This document shows positions 46,376 through 60,806 of a DNA stretch of 64,000 bases, piece after piece; position 1 is the first letter of the stretch; every line of letters begins with the position of its first letter. Below the pieces are notes generated by a model. It worked only from the letters and a program-made list of their open reading frames with translations, was not told the origin of the DNA and made no database searches. The translations under genes were made by a program, and so were the position numbers. The stretch lies in NCBI GenBank assembly GCA_951406725.2, contig OX597839.1:8184001-8248000 (forward strand), written 5' to 3'. The stretch comes from Octopus vulgaris. Taxonomy: Eukaryota.

Positions 46376-46416
<41 letters not shown>

Positions 46417-46939
46417 TGAATGAACGGAGGGGAAGAGGGACGGACCGATAGGCAGACAGACAGGCACAAAGGCAACAGATTAGCTTCGTCTGCCGTTATG
46501 TTCAGAGTTCAAATTCCGCCGTTCAGAGTTCAAATTCGACTTTGCTTGGGATCGATGTAATCGACTTAATCCGTTTGTCTGTCCTTGTTTGTCCCTTCAG
46601 TGTTTAGCCCCTTCTGGGTAATAAAGAAACAGATATATAAATAGATAGATAGATAACTAGATAGATGCACTGACAGACAGACAAAAAAGTAGACAGACAG
46701 ACAGATTGATAGAAGAAAGGCAGACAGAAAGACGGGAAGACAGATAGATAGATAGATAGATATGTTTCTTTATTAGCACACAGGGCTGCACACAGACAGG
46801 ACAAATTACAAGGTAGAGCTTTTCTTTTGGGGGTAAAAAAAGGGTGTTTGGTTTTCAATCAAAAGGGATCGTAAAAGGAAAGAAAGAGGACAAAAAAGGG
46901 GGGATAAAAAAAGGGGGGAATTGATCAATAGGGATCGTT

Positions 46940-46976
<37 letters not shown>

Positions 46977-47512
46977 CATAAGTATGTTTGTATATATGGA
47001 TGCAGGTATGTAGGTATGTATGTATGCATGTAAGCATGTAGCTATGCATGTATGTAGGTACGTATGAAAATACATGCATACATCGACATTTGTACATGGC
47101 CAAGTGAAAACGCACATACGCACACGCACACACACGCAGAAACATGAATATTCACACAGATATTTGCCCAGCTAAATCCATATACATTTACATCCACCTC
47201 ATTCATAAACTCTGAGAGGTTTCGCTCTCCCACATTGGTTTGTTTTGTTCTTGATAAAACCGTTGGCAAGTCTTTCAGTTTTTGTGCAATCATCGTAGTA
47301 GCGTATCTACGTCTCGATTACAGTGAAACAATAAACATTGTAATCTCTATTGGCCGGCCATTGTGAGATATTCCAGACATCACACTGACGCTGACATCAA
47401 TGACATCATATATATATCTCTTATATATATATATATATATATATACATACATACATATGTATATATGTGTGTGCGTGTATACATGCATACACATTTATAC
47501 ACGTGTATATAA

Positions 47513-47543
<31 letters not shown>

Positions 47544-47606
47544 CACGCATATATATATACGCATATATATATACACACACGCATATATATATATATACAC
47601 ACACGC

Positions 47607-47661
<55 letters not shown>

Positions 47662-47766
47662 TATATATATGCACACATATATATAAATATATATATATAT
47701 ATAAGTATATATATGCACACATATATATAAATATATATATATATATATAAGTATATATATGCACAC

Positions 47767-47799
<33 letters not shown>

Positions 47800-47811
47800 A
47801 GTATATATATG

Positions 47812-47849
<38 letters not shown>

Positions 47850-47859
47850 TATATATATG

Positions 47860-47935
<76 letters not shown>

Positions 47936-48006
47936 AGTATATATATGCACACATATATATAAATATATATATATGTATATATATATATAAGTATATATAT
48001 GCACAC

Positions 48007-48039
<33 letters not shown>

Positions 48040-48056
48040 AGTATATATATGCACAC

Positions 48057-48098
<42 letters not shown>

Positions 48099-49080
48099 TA
48101 TATATATACATATATATAAATACACTCACACACACACACACATATATATATATACATATATATATATATACATACATATATGTAAATATGCATGTATACA
48201 TATATACGTATATATATATCTATATGTATATATATATATATACGTACATACAAACATACATTATACATGCATGGATAGATAGACCTATGTACATACACAC
48301 ACACACACTCACACACATATTTATGTATGTATATATGTAGGTGTGTATACCTACATACATACACACACAAATGTATGTAGGTATGTATGTCGGCGCATCT
48401 GTATACATACACACATATACACACACACACACACATGCTCATCTATATATGGATGGATGTGTGTGTTTGTGCATGAGATCATATACGTGTGCTTGTACTT
48501 GTAGGCATATTTGTACGCATGTGAGGGATGTTTGTATGTGTGAATATATGTTTATAGGTACATATCTATATCTATATATGCGTGTGTGTGTGTTTGTGTG
48601 TAGGTATATGTGCATGTGTTTGTATATGTGTGCATATGTATATACGTATGAGGGATGTTTCTATGAGTGAATAATATATGTTTGATTGTATGTATATATA
48701 TGTATGTAAACGCGTGTTTTTGCAAGCTATGTTGAGTGATGTTTTAAAAACTAAATTAAAGTCAACAGATAACACTCTCTGCTCACTGAGAAAGAGAACT
48801 TGATATAGACGTTACAATCTGGAAATTTTATTAAGACAGAAATACAAACTTTCACCGATCACGCCTTCGCCCTCCAGTATTTCACAAAGCTGGTGAAAAT
48901 TCGAAGAAATATAGACACACGCTGTTTATGTACAACAATGTGTTTGTCCATGCGAGTGTGTCTGTATGTGTGTGTGAGCGTGTATGAGCGTGTATGAGCG
49001 TGTGTGCGTGCGTGTGTGTGTGTGTATGTGCCTATGTGTGTCTGTATCTATATGCTTACATATATATATACTGATAGATG

Positions 49081-49495
49081 AGGCGGCGAGCTGGCAGAAA
49101 CGTTAGAACGCCGGGCGAAATGCTTAGCGGTATTTCGTCTGTCGTTACGCTCTGTGTTCAAATTCCGCCGAGGTCGACTTTGCCTTTCATCCTTTCGGGG
49201 TCGATAAATTAAGTACCAGCTACGTACTGGGGTCCATGTAATCGACTTAATACCTATGTCTGTCCTTGTTTGTCCCTTCTATGTTTAGCCCCTTGTGGGT
49301 AATAAAGAAATAGGTATTTCGTCTGTCGTTACGCTCTGTGTTCAAATTCCGCCGAGGTCGACTTTGCCTTTCATCCTCTCGAGGTCGATAAATAAAGTAC
49401 CAGTTTCGCACTGCGTCGATATAATCGACTTAATCCCTTTGTCTGTCCTTGTTTGTCTCCTCTGTGTTTAGCTCCTTGTGGGTAGTAAAGAAATA
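49081..49495 (+). mobile_element. SINE family A dimer
   Basis: Full head GGCGGCGAGCTGGCAGAAACGTTAG.., then a second unit joined at aaagaaata|ggtatttcg. Confidence 0.9.
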
Positions 49496-49503
49496 TATAT
49501 ATA

Positions 49504-49551
<48 letters not shown>

Positions 49552-49920
49552 TGTGTATATCCACGCACACTTATATGTGTCAGTAGAAATCTGTGTATGT
49601 TTATGTATCTGTTCCCGTGAGTAGGTATATACCAGTGAGTGTGTATATTTACAATATACGCTGACGGCTTGATTGAGAAGAAAGCCACATTATAACCAAA
49701 CATGACAGTTTTCACCAGAATATACAAGTTTCCAGTTTCTCAGTTTGCCACTCACAGTATCACTTCCTGTGGGGTGGTCTTGGTGGCGGGTCTATGATGG
49801 TGGTGGTGGTGGCTGTTGTTGGGGAGCGGGTGGCTGTGTTGGTGCTGTTTTGCTGTGCTTTGTTCTGCCCGTGAGTCAGCTTCATCATTTTTGGTATTTT
49901 CTTGGAACGCACTCTCCATG

Positions 49921-49954
<34 letters not shown>

Positions 49955-50286
49955 CGTATAGATCGATAAATAGATTGAGATTGATATGTATACACAAATA
50001 TATACGCTTTTATTCTTTTATTCTGTTACTTGGTTCGGTTATTTTTACTACGACCATGCTGGAGCACCGCCTATAGTCGAATCAAATCGACCCCAGGACT
50101 TATTCTTTGTAAGCCTCGTAATTATTCTATTGGTTGCTTTTGCCGAACCGCTAAGTTACGGGGACGTGAACACACCAACATCGGTTGGCAAGCGATGGTG
50201 CGGGAACAAACACAGACACACATATCTACACACACACATACATACACACAAACACACACATACACACACAAACACACACACTCACG

Positions 50287-50328
<42 letters not shown>

Positions 50329-50334
50329 AATATA

Positions 50335-50617
50335 TGAACCATCCTGGGGATGTGAAAGTTTATCACACCATAGTGGGTTACACCATGGTTCCTCTGCTTT
50401 GTGGCAGAAGTAGGAAGAAAGAGTGAGAGAAAGTTGTGGTGAAAGAGTACAGCGGGGTTCACCTCCCCACCCCCCCCACCCCTCTCGCGCCGGATCCTCG
50501 TGGAGTTTAGGTGTTTTTTGCTCAATAAACACTCACAATGCCCGGTCTGGGAATCGAAGCCGGTGCTCTTACGAACGCGACTCCGCTGCCCTAAACACTG
50601 GGCCATTGCGCCTCCAC
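50335..50617 (-). mobile_element. SINE family B with a fourth tail type
   Basis: Family B head and body followed by cttctgccacaaagcagagg..ccccaggatggttca. Confidence 0.75.
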
Positions 50618-51075
50618 TGCTGTTGTTGTTGTTGGAGGTCGTCGTGGTCGTCGTTGTCCTCGTCAACGTCATAGTCATCGCCTGCGTCGTCGTTTTCCTC
50701 CTGAGCGAAGAAATTTATGATCAAAGTCGTCTGCCTCCCCAGATGTTGTTCACTCAGAGGACGCAACGTTGGCCGCCTACGTAAGCCACAGCAAGACTTG
50801 AACTCTCAATACAAATAATTGGAGCTTATAACACAAAGAGGCCTTGGCCTACGCTCTCAACGGTTCCGTTAATCCAATGTTCTAAACCGACATTTGATTT
50901 GTTGGCCCTGTGAGAACGAAAGGCAAAGATGACCTCGGCAGGATTTGAACAACACTTCCACAAAGCACCTATTTTTAACGTAAGGTCGGAGTGAAGTTTG
51001 TTGGAAGGTTCAGAAGGAAGGAACGAAGGAAAGAATGCCGAAAGGAAGACAGGATACATACATACAAATATACAT

Positions 51076-51141
<66 letters not shown>

Positions 51142-51332
51142 GTAGGTAGGTACATATATGTATGTATATATATACATATAGATGTAGGTACGTACATATA
51201 TGTATGTATATATGCAAATGTTTTATTTATTATTTTGTTAATATGTATATATATATATATATATATATTTATAAATCAATAAATGGTGGGGTTGTGTTGA
51301 CCGCACGTGGGCCATTTTATAATTTTTCCTCT

Positions 51333-51368
<36 letters not shown>

Positions 51369-51896
51369 TGCATTCATACATGTATATATGTATGAGTGTG
51401 TTTATGTGTGTCTGTATGCATACATAATATATATATTTGTGTGTGGTTGTGTGTAATGTATATACGTATCTATGTATGTATGCAATTATTTTCGATTCTT
51501 CTCTATACAAAATGTCCATGTAAGATAGAGTAGAAGGTTTACCTCTCCTATACAAACAATACAGAATGGAACGTGTGAATGTGAGTGTGAAAAGAAGGCT
51601 TTTAAGGTAAGCCAAGGTAGCAGCGTAATATGAGAACATAGAATGATTCTGGTAGGCTATGGGAATAGAATATATGTGTAAAGGCAGATTAAGACGGGTT
51701 ATTTGTGATAAGCTATAGGCGGAAAGAAATCTATAAGTATATAAATATAGGAAGATTAAGAACGGTTAGTTGCTGCTGTGCTTAGAGAGCTGCAATTGGG
51801 TGATCAGAAGTATAGATGAATGTGAAATAAATATACGGTTGACTGGAATTGAATCATATATATATATATACATACATACATATATATATATATACA

Positions 51897-51937
<41 letters not shown>

Positions 51938-51953
51938 ACATATATATATATAC

Positions 51954-52042
<89 letters not shown>

Positions 52043-53014
52043 CATATATATGTATATATATATACATATATATAATCATATATATATACATATATATGCA
52101 TATATATATATATATGAACAAAAAGGAAAGTTAAAATAAACATAGGCAGCATTGAAAGCTAAAGCGAAAATGAAAGTGAAAGTAGAAGCAAGTGAGAGTG
52201 AGCGACATTCATTAAGATAACAAACTCGGGAAATACAAGAAATCTAGAGATTAAGAAGGATCAAACTGTTGATGAAGAATTACGTAGTGCTGGAAATTGA
52301 AATTGAAAATGAAGTCACGAGTAAACTAACTGTAAGAGTTGGTCTATCCAGGATTAGGAGAGACAGGGAAAGATAATAGCAGAGCAGTTTAATGGTGTTG
52401 GCGGCGTTGGTGGGGGAATGTGTAAGAAATGTGTGAAACGGGAGCCAGCAAGATTATACAGTTAGTGAGAAGATGATGGGTGTGAGTGAGTGAGTAAGTG
52501 TGTGAGTGAGTGAGAGAGAGGGAATATTCTTTTCTGTTGAGATGTGGAACGAAGGCAAACTTACTAATTTAACTGCAAAACCTGTCAGCTTTCTGTCCAA
52601 TACCGTTAATAGAAACATGATTAAAAGAGTTTACTGAGAGCTACTGGAAGTGTATATTCGAGAATCGAGTCTTTATGCAGAGATACAGAGAAAGCGAAAA
52701 AAAGGAGAGGGAGAAAAAGCCAGAGAAAGAGGAAACAAGGAAGGAATACGGAGCAAAACGTTCGGATTGAGCAGCCAATGTCACAGTATTTTGCGAATCG
52801 AATGGATATGGTTTCGTATCTAGCCACCAGTGCTAATGTTAACTGCTTCAAAGAGATTCAAAATCTCAAAGTTAGATATAAATATATGTCAGTAGTGGTG
52901 TGTACAGACGAAATAGAGTCGTCCTGCTAGAAATAGCAACAAATTCCATCAAATAACAACTTACTGATACTACTTTATGCTATATAAAGTGACACATGAT
53001 ACAATGACACATAT

Positions 53015-53397
53015 GGAAGCACTCCGTCGGTTACGACGATGAGGGTTCCGGTTGATCCGAATCAACGGAACAGCCTGCTCGTGAAATTAACGTGTAAGTG
53101 GCTGAGCACTCCACAGATACGTGTACCCTTAACGTAGTTCTCGGGGATATTCAGCGTGACACAGAGAGTGACAAGGCCGGCCCTTGAAATACAGGTACAA
53201 CAGAAACATGAAGTAAGAGTGAGAGAAAGTTGTGGTGAAAGAGTACAGCAGGGATCACCACCATCCCCTGCCGGAGCCTCATGGAGCTTTAGGTGTTTTC
53301 GCTCAATAAACACTCACAACGCCCGGTCTGGGAATCGAAACCGCGATCCTGTGACCGCGAGTCCGCTGTCCTAACCACTGGGCCATTGCGCCTCCAC
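53015..53397 (-). mobile_element. SINE family B, full length
   Basis: Near-identical to 11561-11945. TSD aatRacacatat. Confidence 0.92.
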
Positions 53398-53706
53398 AAT
53401 AACACATATATTACTATATACAATGACACAGTGTATATTGTAATATTGGTTTCAAATTTCGGCACAAAGACAGTAATTTCGGGGTAGGGGGTAAGTCGAT
53501 TACATCGACCCCAGTGCTAAACTGGTAATTATTTTATCGACCTTGCAAGGATAAAAGGGAAAGTAGACCTCGATGGAATTTGAACTCAGAACGTAAAGAT
53601 GCAAAAAATTTTTTTTGCATCTCTAAAACAAACATTTTTTACACAAAAACAAAACGAGGTATTGAAGCTCTTATTTCGTTTTACAATTTTTGGACTTAAT
53701 AGTCTA

Positions 53707-54090
53707 CTAGCAGTATCGCCCAGCGTTGCTCGGGTTTGTAAGGGAAATAACTATAGAGCATTTTTAGAGAGTTATAGCCAAAAAATAGAAAAAATATAGA
53801 AAAAAAAATTATGGTAAATTTTTATTTTAGTTAAAAAGGTCGAGTTGTGTCCCCTGGACAGTCTGTGGTTTGTGTTTCTAATTCTCGACCACATGTCGAA
53901 TTTATCGATTTTTTTCAGAACTGGGGGAACTTTTCAAAATTTTCGCTGCGTTAGTTTTGAATTATGACATTGGGCTATGTGTGTGTCAAGTTTCATCAGA
54001 ATCGGTTGAAAGCCGTGGTCAGGGTGAGGGTACAACCTAACAGACACACAGTCACGCAGACAGACAAACTGCCGTTTATATAGAGAGAGA
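53707..54090 (-). mobile_element. Non-autonomous Helitron
   Basis: Minus strand A|TC...cccgagcaacgctggg..CTAG|T. 3' end shared with 25264-25563. Confidence 0.85.
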
Positions 54091-54102
54091 TTTACAAATT
54101 GA

Positions 54103-54237
54103 GGCGCTGAGTCTCTTACGCACTTATATATTATAACACTGAGGCTTTTCAACCTCTTATCAATTTTCCTCGCCAACATCGCTTGTGCCCGTATACTCAC
54201 TCCCATATCTGCAAGATCATCAGCGTAGTCCGTCGCC
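54103..54237 (-). pseudogene. Non-LTR reverse transcriptase fragment (YADD region)
   Basis: ATDYADDLADMGVSIRAQAMLARKIDKRLKSLSVIIYK. Confidence 0.5.
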
Positions 54238-54282
54238 TTAATGGTCCACTTTAGTGGTCCTTAACTCTTAATTTTGTATACC

Positions 54283-54685
54283 CTTTACTCTTTTACTTGT
54301 TTCACTCATTTGACTGCGGCCATGCCGGAGCACCGCCTTTAGTCGAGCAAATCGACCCCGGGACTTATTCTTTGTAAGCCCAGTACTTATTCTATCGGTC
54401 TCTTTTGCCGAACCGCTAAGTAACGGGGACGTAAACACACCAGCATCGGTTGTCAAGCAATGCTAGGGGAACAAATACAGACACACAAACACACACACAC
54501 ACATATATATATACATATATACGACAGGCTTCTTTCAGTTTCAATCTACTAAATCCACTCACAAGGCATTGGTCGGCCCGGGGCTATAGCAGAAGACACT
54601 TGCCCAAGATGCCACACAGTGGGACTGAACCCGGAACCATGTGGTTGGTTAGCAAGCTACTTACCACACAGCCACTCCTGCGCCT
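54283..54685 (-). mobile_element. Bipartite SINE family C, full length
   Basis: Both arms plus internal microsatellite. Confidence 0.9.
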
Positions 54686-55448
54686 ATGTATGTATAAAAT
54701 TTTTAATCTTCGGATTTTTAAATATGCTAAGCCACTGGTTTTAATTGATTAGCATCAATTTCTACCCTTATCATTTAATTTTAAATAAAAAATGTTCTCT
54801 ATCCGGTAAATTGGCTGCTAAAGTGAAGGCATTTGAAAAAATACACCCAAATATAATTTGTAGAACTTTATGCATACTCGATTTCGGTTGAGCGATTTGG
54901 ATCTAGTTCTTGAAATTGTGTTTTTTAAGCGATGCTTTGTAATGGCGAATTGACGTCTATGTTTAGTATATAGGGTGTCCACTTTAGTAGTCGTTCCTCT
55001 TAATTTTGTACAGCTGTAGAAACGAGTTGCGACGTCACGGGTGCCAAGCTGTATCGGCTGCTGCCTTTCCCTTGGATAACATCGGTGGCATGGAGAGGTG
55101 AGGCTGCTATGCATGGGCGACTGCTGGTCTTCCATAAACCACCTTGCCCAGACTTGTGACTAGGAGGGTAACTTTCTAGGTGCAATCCCATGGTCAGTGT
55201 CGAGACCGAAGGGGGTCCCGGATTCCGGATATATATATACAAGTATACATATGCATATATATAGGTACAAATATTCTATTAATTGTTTCAGTCTGGGGCA
55301 CCGAATTTAGTCGAACAAATCGACCCCAGGACTTATTCTTAGTAAGTTTGGTACTTATTCTATCGGTGTCTTTTTGTTACGGGGGCATAAACACACCTAC
55401 AACGGTGTCAAGCGATGGTGCGGGACAAACAAAGACACGCAAATACAT

Positions 55449-55556
<108 letters not shown>

Positions 55557-55698
55557 TTTAGGTATGGTAGATGAGTTCAGCAAAAATTTAGATTCAGATG
55601 AATATGTTAAGCCACCAGAATTTAGTACGGTATTATCCATAAAATTCCGAAATAAGGTGATTAAAATCAAATAAGCAACAAGAATAACCAGAGGTAAT

Positions 55699-55783
55699 GC
55701 AGTAGGATCGTTTTATGCATCTGCAATTAATTGAACAATGCAATAATTACATCAATTTCAAATGTAGGACAATCTTCAGCTGC
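55699..55783 (-). ncRNA. Decayed hammerhead ribozyme with long stem II
   Basis: gcag-CTGAAGA-[hairpin tacatttg/cagatgca, aattga/tcaatt]-aAAA-cgatcc-TA-ctgc. G12 is mutated. Confidence 0.5.
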
Positions 55784-55926
55784 GCAAAGACATAGAATTT
55801 AATTAAAATAGAACAGATGGACACATTAGAATAATTATACCTAAAATCCCCAAGAAGTTATGGAGATAGACAAACAACATGATGTACCTACAACACTGTA
55901 GTCGTAACTAAAATTTTCAAGGAGAC

Positions 55927-55961
<35 letters not shown>

Positions 55962-57120
55962 ACACACACACACACACACACACACGACGGGCTTCTTTTA
56001 ATTTTCGCCTACCAAATTCACTCACAAGGGTTTGGTCGGCCCGAGGTTATAGTAGGAGACACTTGTCCAATGTACCACGCAGTGAGACTGAGACCAAAAC
56101 CTTGTGGTTACGAAGCAAACTTCTTACCACACAGCTACTCCTGTGCCTATAATATATATGATATACGTATGCACATACGTAAATATACACATGTATGAGT
56201 ATATATACAAACATATATATACATAATATCATGCTTACATATACATATGTATACACACACAAATACCTATACATATATATAAGTACATATATATGCACAC
56301 ACTTACATTATACATACATATATGTATGTATACACGCACACATACGTTTGTATATAGATATTGCATAATATACGTGTGTGTATATATATATATGTTTGAA
56401 TATAAGTACCACTTCAAGTCTCTATACGATATATTTATATATTTCAATGCTGCCTTTTTTTCGTCTATTGCCAAAACAATCTCTGTGTGTGAGTGTGTGT
56501 GTGTGTATGTGTGCGCGTAGGTATGTTTGTCGTGTGTGTGTGTGTGTGCGTGAGTATGTGTGTGTGCGTAGGTATGTTTGTCGTGTGTGTGTGTGTGAGT
56601 GAGTGTGTGTATGTGTTTGTGTAGGTATGTTTGTCGCGTGTGTGTGTGAGTGTGTGAGCGTGTGTATGTGTGTGCGTATGTATGATTGTCGTGTGTGTGA
56701 GTGAGTGTGTATGTGTGTGTGTATGTGTGTGCATAGGTATTTTGTTGGATGTGTGTGTGTGTGTGAGAAAGAATGTATGTGAGTGTGTGTATGTGTGTGC
56801 GTAGGTATGTTTGTCGTGTGTGTGTGTGTGTGTGTGTGTTTCTAGCCGGAAGCAACAGTGGGTCATCCGTCTGTCGATAAATGTCCCGAAATAGAATCTA
56901 TTCTATTTTCGCTTGGTCTAATCGGAATATGACCTCGTGCGATTCAAACATCAAAAACCAACAAACATCAACAACAGAAAGGCCTTTCACTGCTAACAAC
57001 TCGATCACAACCACCAACACCAACACCACCACCATCGCTCTCACCGCAGCCGCCGCCTCCTCTTAGGCTTTCCACAAGCCATACCAATGAACTTCAATAG
57101 CATCACTGCTCTAAACCAAC

Positions 57121-58125
57121 ATACCTATTTCTTTACTACCCACAAGGGGCCAAACACAGAGAAGGACAAACAAGGACAGACAAACGGATTAAGTCGATTA
57201 CATCGACCCCAGTGCGTAACTGGTACTTAATTCATCGACCCCGAAAGGATGAAAGGCAAAGTCGACCTCGGCGGAATTTGAACTCAGAACGTAACGGCAG
57301 ACGAAATACGTATTTCTTTACTACCCACAAGGAGCTAAACACAGAGAGGACAAACAAGGACAAACAAAGGGATTAAGTCGATTACATCGACCCCAGTGCG
57401 TAACTGGTACTTAATTTATCGACTCCGAAAGGAAGAAAGGCAAAGTCGACCTCGGCGTAATTTGAACTCAGAACCTAACGGCAGACGAAATACGTATTTC
57501 TTTACTACTCACAAGGAGCTAAACACAGAGAGGACAAACAAGAACAGACAAAGGGATTAAGTCGATTACATCGACCCCAGTGCGTAACTGGTACTTAATT
57601 TATCGACTCCGAAAGGATGAAAGGCAAAGTCGACCTCGGCGGAATTTGAACTCAGAACGTACCGGCAGACGAAATACGTATTTCTTTACTACCCACAAGG
57701 GGCTAAACACAGAGAGGACAAACAAGGACAGACAAACGGATTAAGTCGATTACATCGACCCCAGTGCGTAACTGGTACTTAATTTATCGACCCTGAAAGG
57801 ATGAAGGGCAAAGTCGACCTCGGCGGAATTTGAACTCAGAACGTAGCGGCAGACGAAATACCGCTAAGCATTTGGCCCGGTGTGCTAACATTTCTTATTT
57901 CTTTATTGCTCACAAGGCGCTAAACACAGGGGACAATCAAGGATAGACAAACGGACTAAGTAGATTACATCGACCCCAGTACGTAACTGGTACTTATTTA
58001 ATCGACCCCGAAAGGATGAAAGGCAAAGTCGACCTCGGCGGAATTTGAACTCAGAACGTAGCGGCAGACGAAATACCGCTAAGCATTTGGCCCCGGTGTG
58101 CTAACGTTTCTGCCAGCTCGCCGCC
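57121..58125 (-). repeat. Tandem array of five SINE family A units (period ~184 bp)
   Basis: Unit boundaries (tatttcttta) at about 57126, 57311, 57495, 57679 and 57896. Only the 5'-most unit has a complete head. Confidence 0.93.
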
Positions 58126-59072
58126 CTTAAACAAGACCTGCTTCTCAGACCACAAATTTTCATGCAATTGCTTGCAAACCCCTATACACCTGCTTATACA
58201 CAGTCACTTAAAGAGCCAGGTGATGGCGTTAAACTGGGCGACACATTAAGTCTTCCATTATTACAAAAATTTGCTTTTCTTTTTCCGTCATGCGTTTCTA
58301 ATACAATTTGTTGTTTCTTCATAGATTTCATTCCTTCCTTTCTTTCTCACTTCCTTTCTTACTTTATTTTGAATCATTGACCCCCAGCTAGTCGGACCGA
58401 ATGGATTCACCCTTCCATGGAAGGGAAACCAAGTACTTAAGCATTCATTCATTTTGTAAACAGTAGAAGCAATTCAATTCTGTTTTATTATAGCTTTTCC
58501 TTTTTGTCATTTTGTTCTTATATTATTTGTTTTAGTTCCCATGTTGTGTTTTCTCTTTCCTCTCTTCATAATTTCATTCTCTTCCCTGCTTTTTTTTTTC
58601 GATTTTGTTAGAAAATATATATAGCTTTTGCATTAATCACTACTCTCTCTCTCTCTCTCTCTCTCGCTGTTTCTCTTGTACTTTTTCTCTCTCTCTCTCT
58701 CTCTCGTTCTCTCTTTCTCTCTTATTCACTCTCTTTCACACACTATCTCTGAATGTTTGTGTTTGTGTTTGTGTGTGTGTGTGTGTGTGCGTGCATTTGC
58801 GGTTTTCGGATCGCTAATTTCACATAGAAGAGAACTTTAGTGCCATTGGAGTGCATGTGCTTTTGCGTATATGTGTGTATATACATATGTATGTGCATAA
58901 AAACACACGTATGTTTGTATGTATGTATATATATATAACATACACGTAGGTGTCTTTCTGTATGCATTTATTTGTGTGTGTATGTGTATATTCATATATG
59001 TATATATATATATATATAGATAGATAGATAGATAGATACACACACGTATATATATAGATAGATACACACAGG

Positions 59073-59117
<45 letters not shown>

Positions 59118-59413
59118 TATACGCATATGTATGTATGTATGCATGTATGTATTTATGTATATATATATGTATGTATGTATGGATGCATTCACAGGATATG
59201 TTGTATGATGGTGTTTTGCCTTTTATTTTTTGATTTTCTGCAATGATGCACCGTCATATTTGACGGTCAATATGAAAAACTATTGTATTCGACAGGCCAG
59301 AAGAGAGAAAGCGGGATAGGGTGAAAGAGAGGAAAGTGATTCAAAAAGGATACGAGTGGCCGTACGTCCGTGTGTGTGTGTATCTACATCTGAACATTTA
59401 TATATCCATCGAG

Positions 59414-59477
<64 letters not shown>

Positions 59478-59831
59478 GTATATATATATATTTATATATA
59501 TAGGCGCAGGAGTGGTTGTGTGGTAAGAGGCTTGTTTCCCAAATACAGGTCTCCAGATTCAGTTCTGCGGCGTGGAACCTTAGGCAAGGGTCTTCTAGAA
59601 TAGTCTCGAGCCAACAAAAGCCGTGTGAGCGGATGTGGTAAACGGAAACTGAAAGAAGCCTGCCGTGTACATATATATATATACGTGTGTGTGTGTCAAT
59701 GTGTGCGTGTGTGTCTGTGCGTGTGTGTGCTTGTCCCCATACAATCTCTTGACAGGCGATGTTATATAAATACACAAACACACACATATATATATATATA
59801 TACACACATGTAGAACTATATATCTGAGTAC

Positions 59832-59862
<31 letters not shown>

Positions 59863-59863
59863 C

Positions 59864-59945
<82 letters not shown>

Positions 59946-60061
59946 ATATTTGAGCGTGTGGATGCATGTCTATATGCATGTATGTATGTATGTATGTATG
60001 TATGCATGCATGCTGAGAGAAGAAGAGAGAAGAGTTACGCTGAAGGAGATAGACAGATATA

Positions 60062-60167
<106 letters not shown>

Positions 60168-60645
60168 GAGAGAGAGAGATAGTCATGTTTTGTTTCCTTT
60201 AGTTAACATATTCAAACAACTACAAGTCCGCCATATTCAATATGTCTGCAACGTAACCGTATCTATATAAAGGCTATTAATCCACGCCGTCGCCCATGTT
60301 TGGTTAGTTAGTTGGTTAGTTGACTGGCTGGTTTAGTTGATTGCTTTTGGAATTTATTTTATTTGTTGTTTTCATTTTCCAGTTTTCTTTCTGTTGTATT
60401 TGTTCTGCGATACAATTTTTTTAATGTTTTTTTGTTTGTCTTTTTGCGTTATTGTTTCCATTATGTGTCGGATATATCTCTGCGATACAAATAAATGCAT
60501 ACACACATACACATTGACTAAATGAGAGTGAGGGGGAGTGAGAGAGGGGGACAGAGAGAGACAGAGAGAGACAGACAGACAGACAGAATGAGGGAGAAAC
60601 ATGCACACATAAGCACATGAACGAAAACATACAATTACAGAAAAA

Positions 60646-60695
<50 letters not shown>

Positions 60696-60770
60696 CATAC
60701 ATTGATAGTCACACGCGTACACAGCAAGAGCAGAAGGCCACGCATTCAACACACACAGCCAAATACATGC

Positions 60771-60806
<36 letters not shown>

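Noticed and set aside
48787-48889. Possible minus-strand exon, with another donor-like site near 52560
   Set aside because: Stops in all three frames, and splice-like words are common by chance in this composition.
54210-54225. CTGATGA on the minus strand as a hammerhead core
   Set aside because: It encodes the YADD motif of an RT fragment. No stem II or GAAA follows.
57121-58125. CRISPR-like or retrozyme interpretation of the 184-bp array
   Set aside because: No unique spacers or cas genes, and no CUGANGA/GAAA core on either strand. The units are SINE bodies with a B box.
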